From Octopus sinensis (lineage: Eukaryota), in contig NC_043003.1 in NCBI RefSeq assembly GCF_006345805.1, positions 12,958,001 through 13,022,000 of the forward strand: 64,000 bases of DNA. Direction: 5' to 3'. Each line of letters begins with the position of its first letter. Position 1 is the first letter of the stretch. A program made the translations under genes and the position numbers. The notes beneath the pieces were generated by a model. It saw only the letters and a program-made list of their open reading frames with translations. It was not told where the DNA came from and searched no databases. Positions 41,328 to 54,209 of the stretch are shown one piece after another.

Positions 41328-42621
41328 CAGGGTGGATGGAAAGTAGCTAGGCATTGGAAATTGCTTATAGAATTTTTAGTATCACTGAAGTCATGACGAA
41401 AACATTTTTTTAAACAGACAACACTAATGGGGATTTCTTATTTTCTTATTGTCTTATTTCTTTTTTCTTATTTTCGAGCTGACCAGTTGCTTGACTGTTC
41501 AAGAGTGAGTTAAGATAACAGCTCGCTATGAAGTGTGGAATTCCATTGTTTTGGTTCAGAGATGGCTGCATGCATGGAAAGGTAAGCATATGTAGTGACG
41601 TCAGATTCCAGTGTGCGCACACGCAACGTCATTCTTCAGTGTGCGCGTGCGGAACGTCCTTCTTCAGTGCGCATGCGCTAGAGACTGAAGGGGACAGTTA
41701 CTAGGGCGTTTTCCTTATTAGCGCCGTGACGACCTGTTCTGTTGCTGCTGAATTGTTGTAACAAGCTTACAAACGTTAAAATTCAGCCTTGCTATTTCGC
41801 ACCTAGTGGATACCAAGATACCAACGAACTTCTTTTGTAAATAAGAAAATAAAGAGTTATATATATTTTTTAAGGTTGCGTTACTTGTTCCTGACTGGTA
41901 GTCTCTGGAATCTAAAGAAAGGAAATTGTGTTGCACCCAAGTTGCACCCCACAGGTGTAAAGAAGCAACCAGTTCTCTTTACACATACAACACTACGTCC
42001 GTCCAGAGACAATAAAAAGTTGTCATGCAAAGCTGATGACCATGGGCTCTGTGAACAATGCAAGAAGTGGCTGTTCAACCACATCCCGATCAGTGGAGAA
42101 TATGGCAACAGTGCAGGAAATGTTTAATCACAGCCCATACGAATCAACATGTCAAGCAGCTTGTATTTATTGTGTGTCTTGACTAACAAAACACACAATA
42201 TGTACAGTGTTGCATAAAGAATTCAATATTTGTCCATGGAAACCCCATTATGTGCAGAAGCTAAAACCTGAAGACTGTGACTGCAGAAGTTCAGAATTCT
42301 AAAAAGTACAGATTTTTACCTGTGGGATTACACAAAAAGGAGGTGTACAAGACAAAACCTCACACACTGGAGGACTTGAAGACACTGATTCAGGAAGTTT
42401 TCAATGATCTCCCAGACGATGTCCTTCAGAAGGTTCTTCATTACATCCCTGGCCATTTGAGGAAACTGGTTGATGCCACCAATGCTTACGTTGAAATATG
42501 AAGATTCACTTTCATTTTCCCATGTAATAAAGAACATGTACCATTTGTTTCAATAAGTTGATAAAAGGAATATGGATTTTATTATCACTTTTTAATGCCT
42601 ACTTACATTTTACCCACCCTG
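41328..42621 (+). mobile_element. Defective Tc1/mariner-superfamily transposon
   Basis: About 28-bp TIRs CAGGGTGG...TAGGCATT with TA TSDs. Transposase relics: HTH region PETIKSCHAKLMTMGSVNNARSG...ENMATVQEMFNHSP (~42003-42160) and C-terminus KKEVYKTKPHTLEDLKTLIQEVFNDLPDDVL (~42335-42500). The catalytic middle is deleted. Confidence 0.85.
41591..41983 (+). mobile_element. Solo LTR (393 bp) nested in the mariner transposase
   Basis: TGTAGTGA...TCTTTACA termini; TSD CATA (41587-41590, 41984-41987); AATAAA at 41848-41853. Confidence 0.75.
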
Positions 42622-42631
42622 TATATGTATG

Positions 42632-42667
<36 letters not shown>

Positions 42668-43725
42668 TGTTTAACGTCTGCTTTCCATGCTAGCATGGGT
42701 TGGACGATTTTGACTGAGGGCTGGCAAACCAGATGGCTGCACCAGGCTCCAATCTTGATCTGGCAGAGTTTCTGCAGCTCGATGCCCTTCCTAATGTCAA
42801 CCACTCCGAGAGTGTAGCGGGTGCTTTTTATGTGCCACCGGCACAGGGGCCAGTCAGGCGGTACTGGCAATGCCTTTGCTCGAATCTTTTTAAACGTGCC
42901 ACCGGCACAGGTGTCAGTGAAGCGACATTGGTAACGATTACGCTCGAATGGTACCCTTGTACATGCCACGGGTACGAAGCCAGTTGGCTGCTCTGGCAAC
43001 GATCACGCTCGGATGGTGGGGTACAGAAGCCAGTTGGCTGCTCTAGCAACGATCACGCTTAGATGGTGCTCTGTACGTATGTATGTACGTTTGTATGTAT
43101 GTATGTCTATGTATGTAAGAATGTACATACATATATTAACATATATGTGTATGTATATATGTATGTATGTATGTAAATACATATGCATATTAATGTGTGT
43201 GTGTGTGTATGTTTATGCCAGAACATTCGTTCAGATCAAACTACCTATAATTTAAATACGCCGTAAAAGGCCAGTAATTTACCCCCACCAACCCACCAAT
43301 CCCTCCTCTGCATACTGATAATCAGTATTTAATCACATCTATCTCTTTCTTTCGTTCGAACTCAGGTAATATAAACCACAGTAGTTTGATTACGAATTGA
43401 AAATTAATTTTTTATCACTATTTTCACAAGTTTTTTTTCTTCTTTCTTCCTTCTTTTCTTTCTTTTTTTCAGAAACATTGAGTACGAAGTACAAGAAATA
43501 AAAAAAAAAATAAGCCCACTCGATCTCAGTTATAAGGCTAAAGTTTAGTCTATCTATTTAACGAGATAACTGAATGTGATGGAATAAAATAAAATGAAGG
43601 TAGATTCTATGTATACATTATATATATTGAATTATTAAGGAAACAGTGTTTAAAATTTCGGTAAATCTGCCCCTCCCAAAAATGTTAGCCTAGTACCAAA
43701 ACTGGAAACCAATTTAATATAATAT

Positions 43726-44150
43726 AGGCGCAGGAGTGGCTGTGTGGTAAGTAGCTTGTTTACCAACCACATGGTTCCGGGTTCAGTCCCACTGCATGGC
43801 ACCTTGGGCAAGTGTCTTCTACTATAGCCTCGGGCCGACCAAAGCCTTGTGAGTGGATTTGGTAGACGGAAACTGAAAGAAGCCCGTCGTATATATGTAT
43901 ATATATATATATATATATGCATGTGTGTGTTTGTGTGTCTGTGTTTGTCCCCCTAGCATTGCTTGACAACTGATGCTGGTGTGTTTATGTCCCCGTTACT
44001 TAGCAGTTTGGCAAAAGAGACCGATAGAATAAGTACTGGGCTTACAAAAGAATAAGTCCCGGGGTTGAGTTGCTCGATTAAAGGCGGTGCTCTAGCATGG
44101 CCGCAGTCAAATGACTGAAACAAGTAAAAGAGTAAAGAGTAAAAGAGTAT
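43726..44150 (+). mobile_element. tRNA-derived SINE family A, representative full copy
   Basis: Head GGCGCAGGAGTGGCTGTGTGGTAAG...GGTTCAGTCCC (A/B-box-like), internal (TA)n(TG)n, (AAAGAGT)n tail. Other copies at about 3663-4050, 6845-7285, 13105-13465(-), 18976-19400, 26615-27015(-), 48925-49365. Confidence 0.85.
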
Positions 44151-44377
44151 AATATATGTGTATGAAATAAAAGTAAAATTACCAATGAGTTGGTACTGGC
44201 ATATTTTAGCTTCTTTAACCCTTTCAACCCATAATTTTTTCTCAAGAATTTTTTCGAGTTGGTAATGGCGGGGATGGGGGGTTGTACACATGGGAACCTT
44301 TTGAGCTGTCATTACAGTGTCATGCACTAGGGCAGTGAGCTGGCAGAATCGTTAGTATGCCAGGTGAAATGCTTAGC

Positions 44378-45600
44378 GGTATTTCGTCTGCCGCTACGTT
44401 CTGAGTTCAAATTCCGCCGAGGTCGACTTTGCCTTTCATCCTTTCGGGGTCGATTAAATAAGTACCAGTTACGCACTGGGGTCGATATAATCGACTTAAT
44501 CTGTTTGTCTGCCCTTGTTTGTTCTCTCTGTGTGTAGCCCCTTGTGGGTAGTAAAGAAATAGGTATTTCGTCTTCCACTACATTCTGAGTTCAAATTCCG
44601 CCGAGGTCGACTTTGCCTTTCATCCTTTTGGGGTCAGTTAAATAAGTACCAGTTACACACTGGGGTCGATATAATCGACTTAATCCGTTTGTCTGTCCTT
44701 GTTTGTCCCCTCTGTGTGTAGCCTCTTGTAAAGAAATAGGTATTTCGTCTTCCGCTACGTTCTCAGTATTTCGCCGAGGTCAACTTTGCCTTTCATCCTT
44801 TCGGGGGTCAATTAAATAAGTACCAGTTACGTACTGAGTCGATATAATCGACTTAATCCGTTTGTCTGTCCATGTTTGTCCTCTCTGTGTGTAGCCCCTT
44901 GTGGGTAGTAAAGAAATAGGTATTTCGTCTTCCGCTACGTTCTGAGTCCAAATTCCGCCGAGGTCGACTTTGCCTTTCATCCTTTCGGGGTCAGTTAAAT
45001 AAGTACCAGTTACACACTGGGGTCGATATAATCGACTTAATCCGTTTGTCTGTCCTTGTTTGTCCCCTCTGTGTGTAGCCCCTTGTGGGTAGTAAAGAAA
45101 TAGGTATTTCGTCTTCCGCTACGTTCTCAGTATTCCGCCGAGGTCAACTTTGCCTTTCATCCTTTCGGGGTCAGTTAAATAAGTACTAGTTACACACTGG
45201 GGTCGATATAATCGACTTAATCCGTTTGTCTGTCCTTGTTTGTCCCCTCTGTGTGTAGCCCCTTGTGGGTAGTAAAGAAATAGGTATTTCGTCTTCCGCT
45301 ACATTCTCAGTATTCCGCCGAGGTCAACTTTGCCTTTCATCCTTTGGGGGTCAATTAAATAAGTACCAGTTACGTACTGGGGTCGATATAATCGACTTAA
45401 TCCGTTTGTCTGTCCTTGTTTGTCCTCTCTGTGTTTGGCCCCTTGTGGGTAGTAAAGAAATAGGTATTTCGTCTGTCTTCATATTCGGAGTTCAAATTCT
45501 GCCTAGGTTGATACTGCCTTTCATCCTTTCGGGGTCAATGTAAAAAGTACCAGTTATGCACTAGGGTCAATGTAATCAACTGGCCCCCTGCTCCCCAAAA
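44378..45600 (+). repeat. Tandem array of ~180-bp SINE family C bodies (6 full units plus remainder)
   Basis: Unit starts GGTATTTCGTCT at 44378, 44562, 44739, 44919, 45103, 45283, 45463. Confidence 0.9.
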
Positions 45601-46070
45601 TTTTCGAAACCTTGTGCCAAGAGTAGAAATAATTATAGTGTCATGCACAAGCTAGCAAGCTGGCAGATTCGTTAGCATGCCAGGTGAATTGCTTAGTGGT
45701 ATTCTGTCCGGTTTCACATTCTGAGTTCAAATTCCTCCTAGATTGACTTTGCCTTTCGTCTTTTCAGGGTCAATAAATTAAGTACCAGTGAAACACTGGG
45801 GTCAATGTAATCAACTAGTCCCCTCCTACAAATATATGTCAATATATACGTCTATCAATGTGTATCAACAATGGATTCCATTATAATGACAATATTTTCG
45901 TGAAACGATTGTAAGATGCATTAATTAACAAATTTTTAAGCTATCATGTTTCATATATTTATATATATTTTTAATACAATACTATTTTAGACAGGAAATT
46001 TTTATATATATATATTATATATTAGCCACTACACACATTTTTTTTCTCTCCTTGTTTTTTTTCTGTGTCC

Positions 46071-46106
46071 CTTTCTGTAGAAGAGCGTAGGCTTGAAACG
46101 TAAAAG
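46071..46106 (+). ncRNA. Hammerhead-like motif with CUGUNGA core
   Basis: CTTT-CTGTAGA-A-GAGC(GTAG)GCTT-GAAA-CG-TA-AAAG. Copies at 47339-47374 (-) and 16433-16468 (+). Confidence 0.45.
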
Positions 46107-46306
46107 ACTTTTTTCTATTCCTGAGCATTATACTAATACATCTGTTTGTTTTGGCTCAGTGGTTAGGGCAGCGGACTCGCAGTAGTAGGATCGCGGTTTC
46201 GATTCCCAGACCGGGCGTTGTGAGTGTTTATTGAGCGAAAACACCTAAAAGCTCCATGAGGCTCCGGCAAGGGGTGGTAATCCCTGCTGTACTCTTTCAC
46301 CACAAC

Positions 46307-46625
46307 TTGAGAAAGTGCCAATCCCTAGCAGTTGAGGGAACCCGTGGAAGAGGTAGACCCAGGAAAACCTGGGACGAGGTGGTGAAGCACGACCTTCGAA
46401 CGTTAGGTCTCACCATGGAAATGACTAGAGACCGAGACCTATGGAAGTATGCTGTGCGTGAGAAGACCCGGCAAGACTAGTGAAGCCATAACCCATGGCC
46501 CCTACCTGGGACATAGTCAGTCCACCTGTGCATACCTTCCTGCTTGTGACACTTGTGAAGACCTGTTGAGGATAGTGAAAGTCAAATCGAAGTCAAATCG
46601 AATCAAATCAAACCAATCAAAATAG
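46307..46625 (+). mobile_element. RTE-type LINE 3' fragment
   Basis: VEGTRGRGRPRKTWDEVVKHDLRTLGLTMEMTRDRDLWK, then 3' UTR and (ATCAA)n tail. Older relics at ~5990-6135 (+) and ~5190-5520 (-). Confidence 0.8.
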
Positions 46626-46639
46626 ATGAACATCAATGG

Positions 46640-47243
46640 AATTTGTATCCTCGTGGTACCAGTGCCGGTGGCACATAAGAAAACCATCCGAACGGGACCG
46701 TAGCCAGTACTGCATCGACTGGCCTCCGTGCTGTGGGCACGTAACAAACACCATCCGATCGTAGCCGTTCGCCAGCCTCGTCTGGCACCTGTGTCGGTGG
46801 CACATAAGAAAACACCGAAAACACCATCCGAGCGTGGCCATCTGCCAGCCTCATCTGGCACCTGTGTCGGTGGCACATAAAAAACACCATCCGAGCGTGG
46901 CCGTCTGCCAGCCTCGTCTGGCACCTGTGTCGGTGGCACATAAAAAACACCATCCGAGCGTGGCCGTCTGCCAGCCTCGTCTGGCACCTGTGTCGGTGGC
47001 ACATAAAAAACACCATCCGAGCGTGGCCGTTTGCCAGCCTCATCTGGCACCTGTGTCGGTGGCACATAAAATCACCCACTACACTCTCGGAGTGGTTGGC
47101 GTTAGGAAGGGCATCCAGCTGTAGAAACACTGCCAGATCTGACTGGCCTGGTGCAGCCTTCGGGCTTGCCAGAGCCCAGGTGAACCGTCCAACCCATGCT
47201 AGCATGGAAAGCGGACGTTAAACGATGATGATGATGATGATGA
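46640..47243 (+). mobile_element. (GAT)n-tailed SINE-like family B with internal 62-bp tandem modules
   Basis: GTGCCGGTGGCACATAAAA...GGCGTTAGGAAGGGCATCCAGCTGTAGAAAC...GGACGTTAAAC(GAT)n. Many copies in both orientations, e.g. 380-630(-), 31240-31560(-), 42633-43075(-), 51287-51633(+). Confidence 0.75.
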
Positions 47244-49090
47244 TATATATAGTGAGAATTTACAAAAAAACAAAAGACAAAACGGGTATATAAACAACAA
47301 ACAGATGCATTAGTTTAATGCTTGGGAAGTGAGAATGTCTTTTACGTTTCGAGCCTACACTCTTCGACAGAAAGGAACACAGAAAAAAACAAGGAGAGAA
47401 AATAGAAAAAGAAAATATATATTTATATATATATATATATATATTCTTTTATTCTTTTACTTGTTCAGTTATTTGACTGCAGCCATGCTGGATCACTGCC
47501 TTTCGTCGGACAAATCAACCCCAGGACTTATTCTTTGTAAGCCTAGTACTATCGGTCTCTTTTTGCTGAACCGCTAAGTGATAGCAATGTAAGCACACCA
47601 ATATTGGTTGTCAAGTGATGATGGTGGGAGGAAAAACACAGATAAAAAATAACAAATACATACACATGTATATATATATATATATATATGTATGTATGCA
47701 TGTATGTATGTATGTATGTATGTATGTATGTATGTATGTATGTATGTATATGTATGTATGTATTTCAATTTCTGTCTACCAAATCCACTCACAAGGCTTT
47801 GGTTGGCCTGAGGCTATACTAGAAGACACTTGCCCAAGGTGCCACACATTGGGACTGAACCCAGAACTATGTGGTTGGGAAGCAAGCTTTTTACCAGACA
47901 GCCACTCCTGTATATGCATGTATACATATGTGTGTGTGCGTGCATGCATGTATGTGCTTATGCCTGCATTTGTACACCCCGCCCATCACTTGACAGAAGA
48001 GTCGGTAGAATAAGTTACCAAACCTAAAAAATTAAGTACTGGGGTTGATTTGTTCAACTAAAGCCCTTCAGGGTAGTGCCCCAACATGGCCCAGTCCAAA
48101 GACTGAAACAAATAAATGTAAAAGTGAAAGCAAATACTAAAAGTAAAGACATTTTTCTTTTTTTTTCTTTTTTTCTTTTTTGTTAATTGATGATTAAATG
48201 AACAGTAAAAGATGGATTAATTAAAATATTTTGCAATATCATTCCATTTAACAATTGTCCTTTGTTCTAAGAATATCAATAATGATGTTCAGTGTGTTTT
48301 TCTTTATTTTGTTTTTACATGTCAGTTAATATTCGGTCAGTAAGAACGATTCCTTATCATAATTATAGATGAGAAAAAAAAATGATGAACTTTCACCTGT
48401 TACCTTTGTACAGCTGAGAATACTTTTCTTTATGTATCAGGTAACGAAAGCTACCTTCAATCAAATCCTTTTAGATAAACTCTATCGCTTATCAATTTAG
48501 ACTCTCTCTAACTTACATCTTACAAATGCATTTTAGCTGTTGTAACTGTTTGTAGTTACACACAAAAAAAAGCCTGTCTTCTAACAGTTTGTTAATATCA
48601 TTTAGGCATTTATCATCATTATTATTCTCTACTGCATTTTCATTTTCAAGAAGTGGACATACATTCAGTGTATTTAACCATTCTTTATGACCAGCAAACC
48701 TAAAGTTATGAAGTTACATTGAATATGGCCAACCACTACTTTCTACTGCTTTTATTTTGCACATCGGTGCTACAAACAGGTATGAGGGTTTACTTTTTCT
48801 TTATTCTTTTGTACCAGAAACTTTACTTCAGTTGTTGAACATGTTTTACTATCTGGACTGCGGCAAGGAAATTATTTTCTCAGTTTAAGAAATACATCAC
48901 AGATACTTATATTTTTTACTCATAGGCGCAGCGTTGGCTGTGTGGTAAGTAGCTTGCTTACCAACCACATGGTTCTGGATTCAGTCCCACTGCGTGGCAC
49001 CTTGGGCAAGTGTCTTCTACTATAGCCTCGGGCTGACCAAAACCTTGTGGGTGGATTTGGTAGACGGAAACCTGAAAGAAGCCCGTCGTA

Positions 49091-49156
<66 letters not shown>

Positions 49157-49608
49157 TTGTGTGGCTGTGTTGTCCCCTCAGCATCACTTGACAACCGATG
49201 CTGGTGTGTTTATGTACCCGTAACTTAGCAGTTCAGCAAAAGAGACCGATAGAATAAGTACTAGGCTTACAAAGAATAAGTCCGAGGGTCAATTTGCTCG
49301 ACTCAAAGGCGGTGCTCCTGCATGGCCACAGTCAAATGACTGAAACAAGTAAAAGAGTAAAGAGTAGTGTATCATTTCCTGCTATCTCTACCTGTGACAC
49401 AATGCATACTGACATGAAACAGTTACTTCCATAGAATGAATTTGTGTTATTGGACATATCTCATGTTAGTTTCATAACCTATACTTTTCCAGGCTAGCTT
49501 AGAGCATGTTGAAAGGGCGCATTAAATTTGGATCTTCTCTTCTCTAAGACTGATTGCTTTCACCGCAGCTAAGGATCTCAATCTACCCTTAGAAAAATCT
49601 ATTTAACC

Positions 49609-49646
<38 letters not shown>

Positions 49647-49652
49647 ATATGT

Positions 49653-49898
49653 ATTAGAAAAAACCACCTTTTATCAATTCAAAATGAACAATTAAATTAC
49701 ACCATATAGAAAATTACATATAATAGAAATATTAAATATAAAATAACAATAATATACCGATGATTAAGTAATGTGCAAAATAATAAATAAAACGTATATT
49801 ATTGTTATTTTATATTTACTATTTCTATTATATGTAATTTTCTAGATGGTGTAATTTAATTGTTCATTTTGAATTGATAAAAGGTGTTTTTTTCTAAT
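49653..49898. repeat. AT-rich inverted repeat, ~105-bp arms, ~36-nt loop
   Basis: 49653-49757 versus 49794-49898. Confidence 0.9.
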
Positions 49899-49993
49899 TT
49901 TTATATATATATATTATGTATTTTGTGAAATTTGATTTAGTATTTCTAAATTGAATTTTTCCCTGTAAGTTAGGAATAATATTCCCTCAAATT

Positions 49994-50049
<56 letters not shown>

Positions 50050-50421
50050 AGAGAGGGAGAGAGAGTGGGTGTGTGTGTGTGATAATATTTTTATAAGCTT
50101 AAAGCTTATAAGCAATCACCATATATTGACTAAAGAGAATAGTCTAATATTGGGACGTATAAGCCCTCAACGGAAAAAAAATTAGGGTTTTATATATATA
50201 TATACACATACACATCAAGATGCATGCATACATGTGTGTGTGTGTGTGTTACTACAACAATAATAATGATGCTTTCTTCTACAAGCACAAGGCCTGAAAT
50301 TTTGAGGGGAGGGGTTGTATTTCATCTTTTCAGGGCTGATAAAATAAGTACCAGTTCAATGTAAATCAATTACCTCCGCACCCCCAAAAAATTTCAGGCC
50401 TTGTTCCTATCATAGAAAAAC

Positions 50422-50474
<53 letters not shown>

Positions 50475-51801
50475 CATTATTATTATTATTGTTATTATTA
50501 TTATTAATATTATTATCATTTATTTATCTGTTTATTTTGCTGTGGTTGGATGTGTTATCATTTTACATTCAGCATTCTGGATTTTTACCAGGTGAAAGGA
50601 AAAAAAATTTTTTTATATGAGAACCTACTGCTTAAACAGATTAGAATTTAATCCTTGTGTTTTCCTCATTTGGAGAGGGAAATCACTTTAATTTGTCAAA
50701 AAAAAAAAAATTAAATGTTGTCCAGTATTTGAACATGGCAAAGAAAGGAAACGCCCCCAAAATTTTAACAAGAAGCAAGATGACGAAATACATTTAAATG
50801 AAATTACACAGACATATGTACATAAAAAATATATATAAACTGCATTTTTGCAAGTGAATATGTACCTTAATAGATTTTTGCAAATTATCACAAAATAAGC
50901 AACATTAATCAAAATTATTTTAAACAAGAAAGTACCAACATCACTGCTAATCTGGCTGGCAGTAAGAAAACTTTAAACATAGGCACAGGCATGGTTGTGT
51001 GGTAAGAAGCTTGCTTCCCAACCACATGGTTCTGGGTTCAGTCCCATTGTATGGCACCTTGGGCAAGTGTACTATTGCCTTGAGCCAACCAAAGCCTTGT
51101 GCATGGATTTGGTAGACAGAAAGAGAGTAATCAGATTTCACAGTCATAACTGCTTGGGGGAAAAAGAAAGTAGAAGAAAAGAAAAAATAGGAAAAAACAG
51201 GAAAAAAAGGAAAACAAATATTTAGTCAAACAGTTTAGTGTACATACATATACATACACACAGAAACAGACACACACACACATATATAGCCAGTACCGCA
51301 ACGACTGGCCTCCGTGCTGAGGGCACATAACAAACACCATCCGAGCGTGGCCGTCAGCCAGCCTCGTCTGGCACCTGTGCCGGTGGCACATAAAAAACAC
51401 CATCCGAGCGTGGCCGTCTGCCAGCCTCGTCTGGCACCTGTGTCGGTGGCACATAAAATCACCCACTACACTCTCGGAGTGGTTGGCGTTAGGAAGGGCA
51501 TCCAGCTGTAGAAACACTGCCAGATCTGACTGGCCTGGTGCAGCCTTCGGGCTTGCCAGACCCCAGTTGAACCGTCCAACCCATGCTAGCATGGAAAGCG
51601 GACGTTAAACGATGATGATGATGATGATGATGATTCCCTAACTAAATAGGCCTATAACAACAAGGGAAACAACACTCAAATTCTGTACAGAGGCAAAACT
51701 TTATCAATGTACCTGATAAGACCCAGACTGCACAATCCATTCAAAATAAAGCACAATGGGTCAAATCATACGTTATTTGGTTAATAAATTATATATGTAT
51801 A

Positions 51802-51854
<53 letters not shown>

Positions 51855-52527
51855 GAAATGAGGTACTCAGAAGATCGGATGGTTTATATTTACAGATATT
51901 TATTTGTGTATTACATTTTTTATATATATCATATCACTTAGATCATTGGCGCTTTCTCCCATTCTAGTGGGGTTTTCAAATCAAACTAAGTTCCTGTGTG
52001 AGATTTGACCATTTTATAGAGTTTTGTAGTGGTGGGGACGAATATAAGATAGTACAAGAGGGTGATGGATGAGGAGAAAGTGAGAAAGAGAACATGTGTG
52101 TGCGTGTGTGTGTGTGTGTGTGTTTTTGTATCTGGGATGAGTGCTAAAGAGAAAGAGGGGAAGGGAGAGGGAAGAAGAAGAAAAGAATTTTTTTGGTCTG
52201 CTGGACAGAATATTGACTCCAAGGACAAAAAGAAAGAATTTCAGTTTTGACCACTTCACAGTGTCACTGAGTGTGTGGTGGCAGGGAGGCAGGCCATAAA
52301 TTATATTTCCTTTTATCATTGTGAGAGAGTGTGTGTGTGTGTTTAATGGTCAAATGCTTTTTTGGGTTTAAGAATTCTTTCCACTTTTTATGATAGTTTT
52401 GTGGAGGTGTGTCTGTGTGTGTGTCCGTGTGTGTGTGTGTGTGTGTGCGTGTGTGTGTGTCAGTGAGTTTGGAGAAGGGAAGAGAGAAAAAAGGGGGAAG
52501 GGGAAAAAATTATGTTGATATTTTTAC

Positions 52528-52574
<47 letters not shown>

Positions 52575-52828
52575 CATGCTTATATATATATATATATGTA
52601 TATATGTGTGTGTTTGTGTATATATATATATATATGAAGTGATGGTTTGTTGCTAGCTTAATGTGGCAGTTCCAGGAAAGGGAAGAATGTTACTCTTATT
52701 TAGCCCAAAGATACACCATTTCTAGTTGGCTGTGTGTGTGTGTGCGCACACATGTACATGTGTGCATGTGTCTGTGTGTGTGTGTGCACATGTGCATGCA
52801 TGTGTGTGTAAGTATGTCTGTGTATGTA

Positions 52829-52859
<31 letters not shown>

Positions 52860-53225
52860 CTCAGATAGATTTTCTGACCATGAATTTTCAGTTTTATCTT
52901 TCATCTGTTACTTGTTTCAGTCTTTACACTGTGGCCATGCTGGAGCGCCACCTTGAAACATTTTTTACTTCAAGGGATTGACCCCTGTACTAATTTCCTT
53001 TTAAGCCTGGTACTTATTCTTTCAGTCTCTTTTTATGAACTGCTAAGTTGCAGGGACATAAACACACCAATACTGGCCGTCAAGTGGTGTCAAAAACAGA
53101 CACTGAAACACACACACACACACGCACGCATGCTTGCACACACACACATACACACACACACACGCACACATTCATACATATAAAGTAAAAACGTGGCTTA
53201 TTAGCTATTAGAACCTAAATACAGA

Positions 53226-53438
53226 ATTAATAGAGGTCACAAAGTGACAGAGGGTACTGACCAGCACCACTATTGCTAGAACAAACAGTTAAAACAACTC
53301 AAAATCCACAAAAGCACTGTCTTAATGACTAACAAAAAACAGTGCTTTTGTGTCTTTTTGAGTCGTTTTAACTCTTATTTTTAGCAAAAGCGGAGCTAGT
53401 CACTATGCTCTGTCACTTTTTTTTAAACTCTATTAATT
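53226..53438. repeat. Diverged inverted repeat, ~95-bp arms
   Basis: ...CACAAAAGCACTGT / ACAGTGCTTTTGTG... with flanking arms AATTAATAGAG / CTCTATTAATT. Confidence 0.75.
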
Positions 53439-54209
53439 TATATGTACATATATATATAAATATACAACAGGCTTCTTTCAGTTTCCGTCTATCAAATCCA
53501 CTCACAAGGCTTTAGTTGGCCTGAGACTATAGTAGAAGACACTTTCCTAAGGTGCCACTCAGTGAGATTGAACCTGGAACCATGTAGTTGGGAAGCTAAC
53601 TTCTTATTTCTTTATTGCCTACAAGGGGCTAAACATAGAGGGGACAAACAAGGAGAGATAAAGGGATTAAGTTAATTAGATCGACCCCAGTGCATAACTG
53701 GTATTTAATTTATCAACCCCGAAAAGATGAAAGGCAAAGTCGACCTCGGCAGAATTTGAACTCAGAACGTAGCGGCAGACAAAATACCACTAGGCATTTC
53801 GCCTGGTGTGCTAATGTTTCTGCTAGCTCACCGCCCTCTCACTAACTTCTTACCACACATCCACACCTGTGCCTCAATTAATTTAACTAACAGGCTCATA
53901 GAATTAGCTTATAAGTGGCTGAGTATCTCAAACACACACACACATGTACCTTTAATACAACCCTTGAGCAGAATTCACATGTCACAGTGTGGCTAGGCTG
54001 GACTTTTGAACAACAGGCACAATCCATCTGACGGACTTCTATGCAGTTTCCATCTATCCAATTTCTCTCAAAAATTATGGATCATCCACAAGCTATTCTA
54101 AAAGACCAAGATGCCACACCCTGAGATTGAATCTTATCCCTTGTAATTGAGACTCTAACTTCTTAGTGATTCAACAGTTGCTATGTCTATGTACACAGAT
54201 AAATATATA

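Noticed and set aside
46517-47205. 182-190 aa ORFs with repeated CHRHRCQ or [11 protein letters not shown] motifs
   Set aside because: Translations of SINE family B modules; the same peptides recur in different frames at many dispersed copies.
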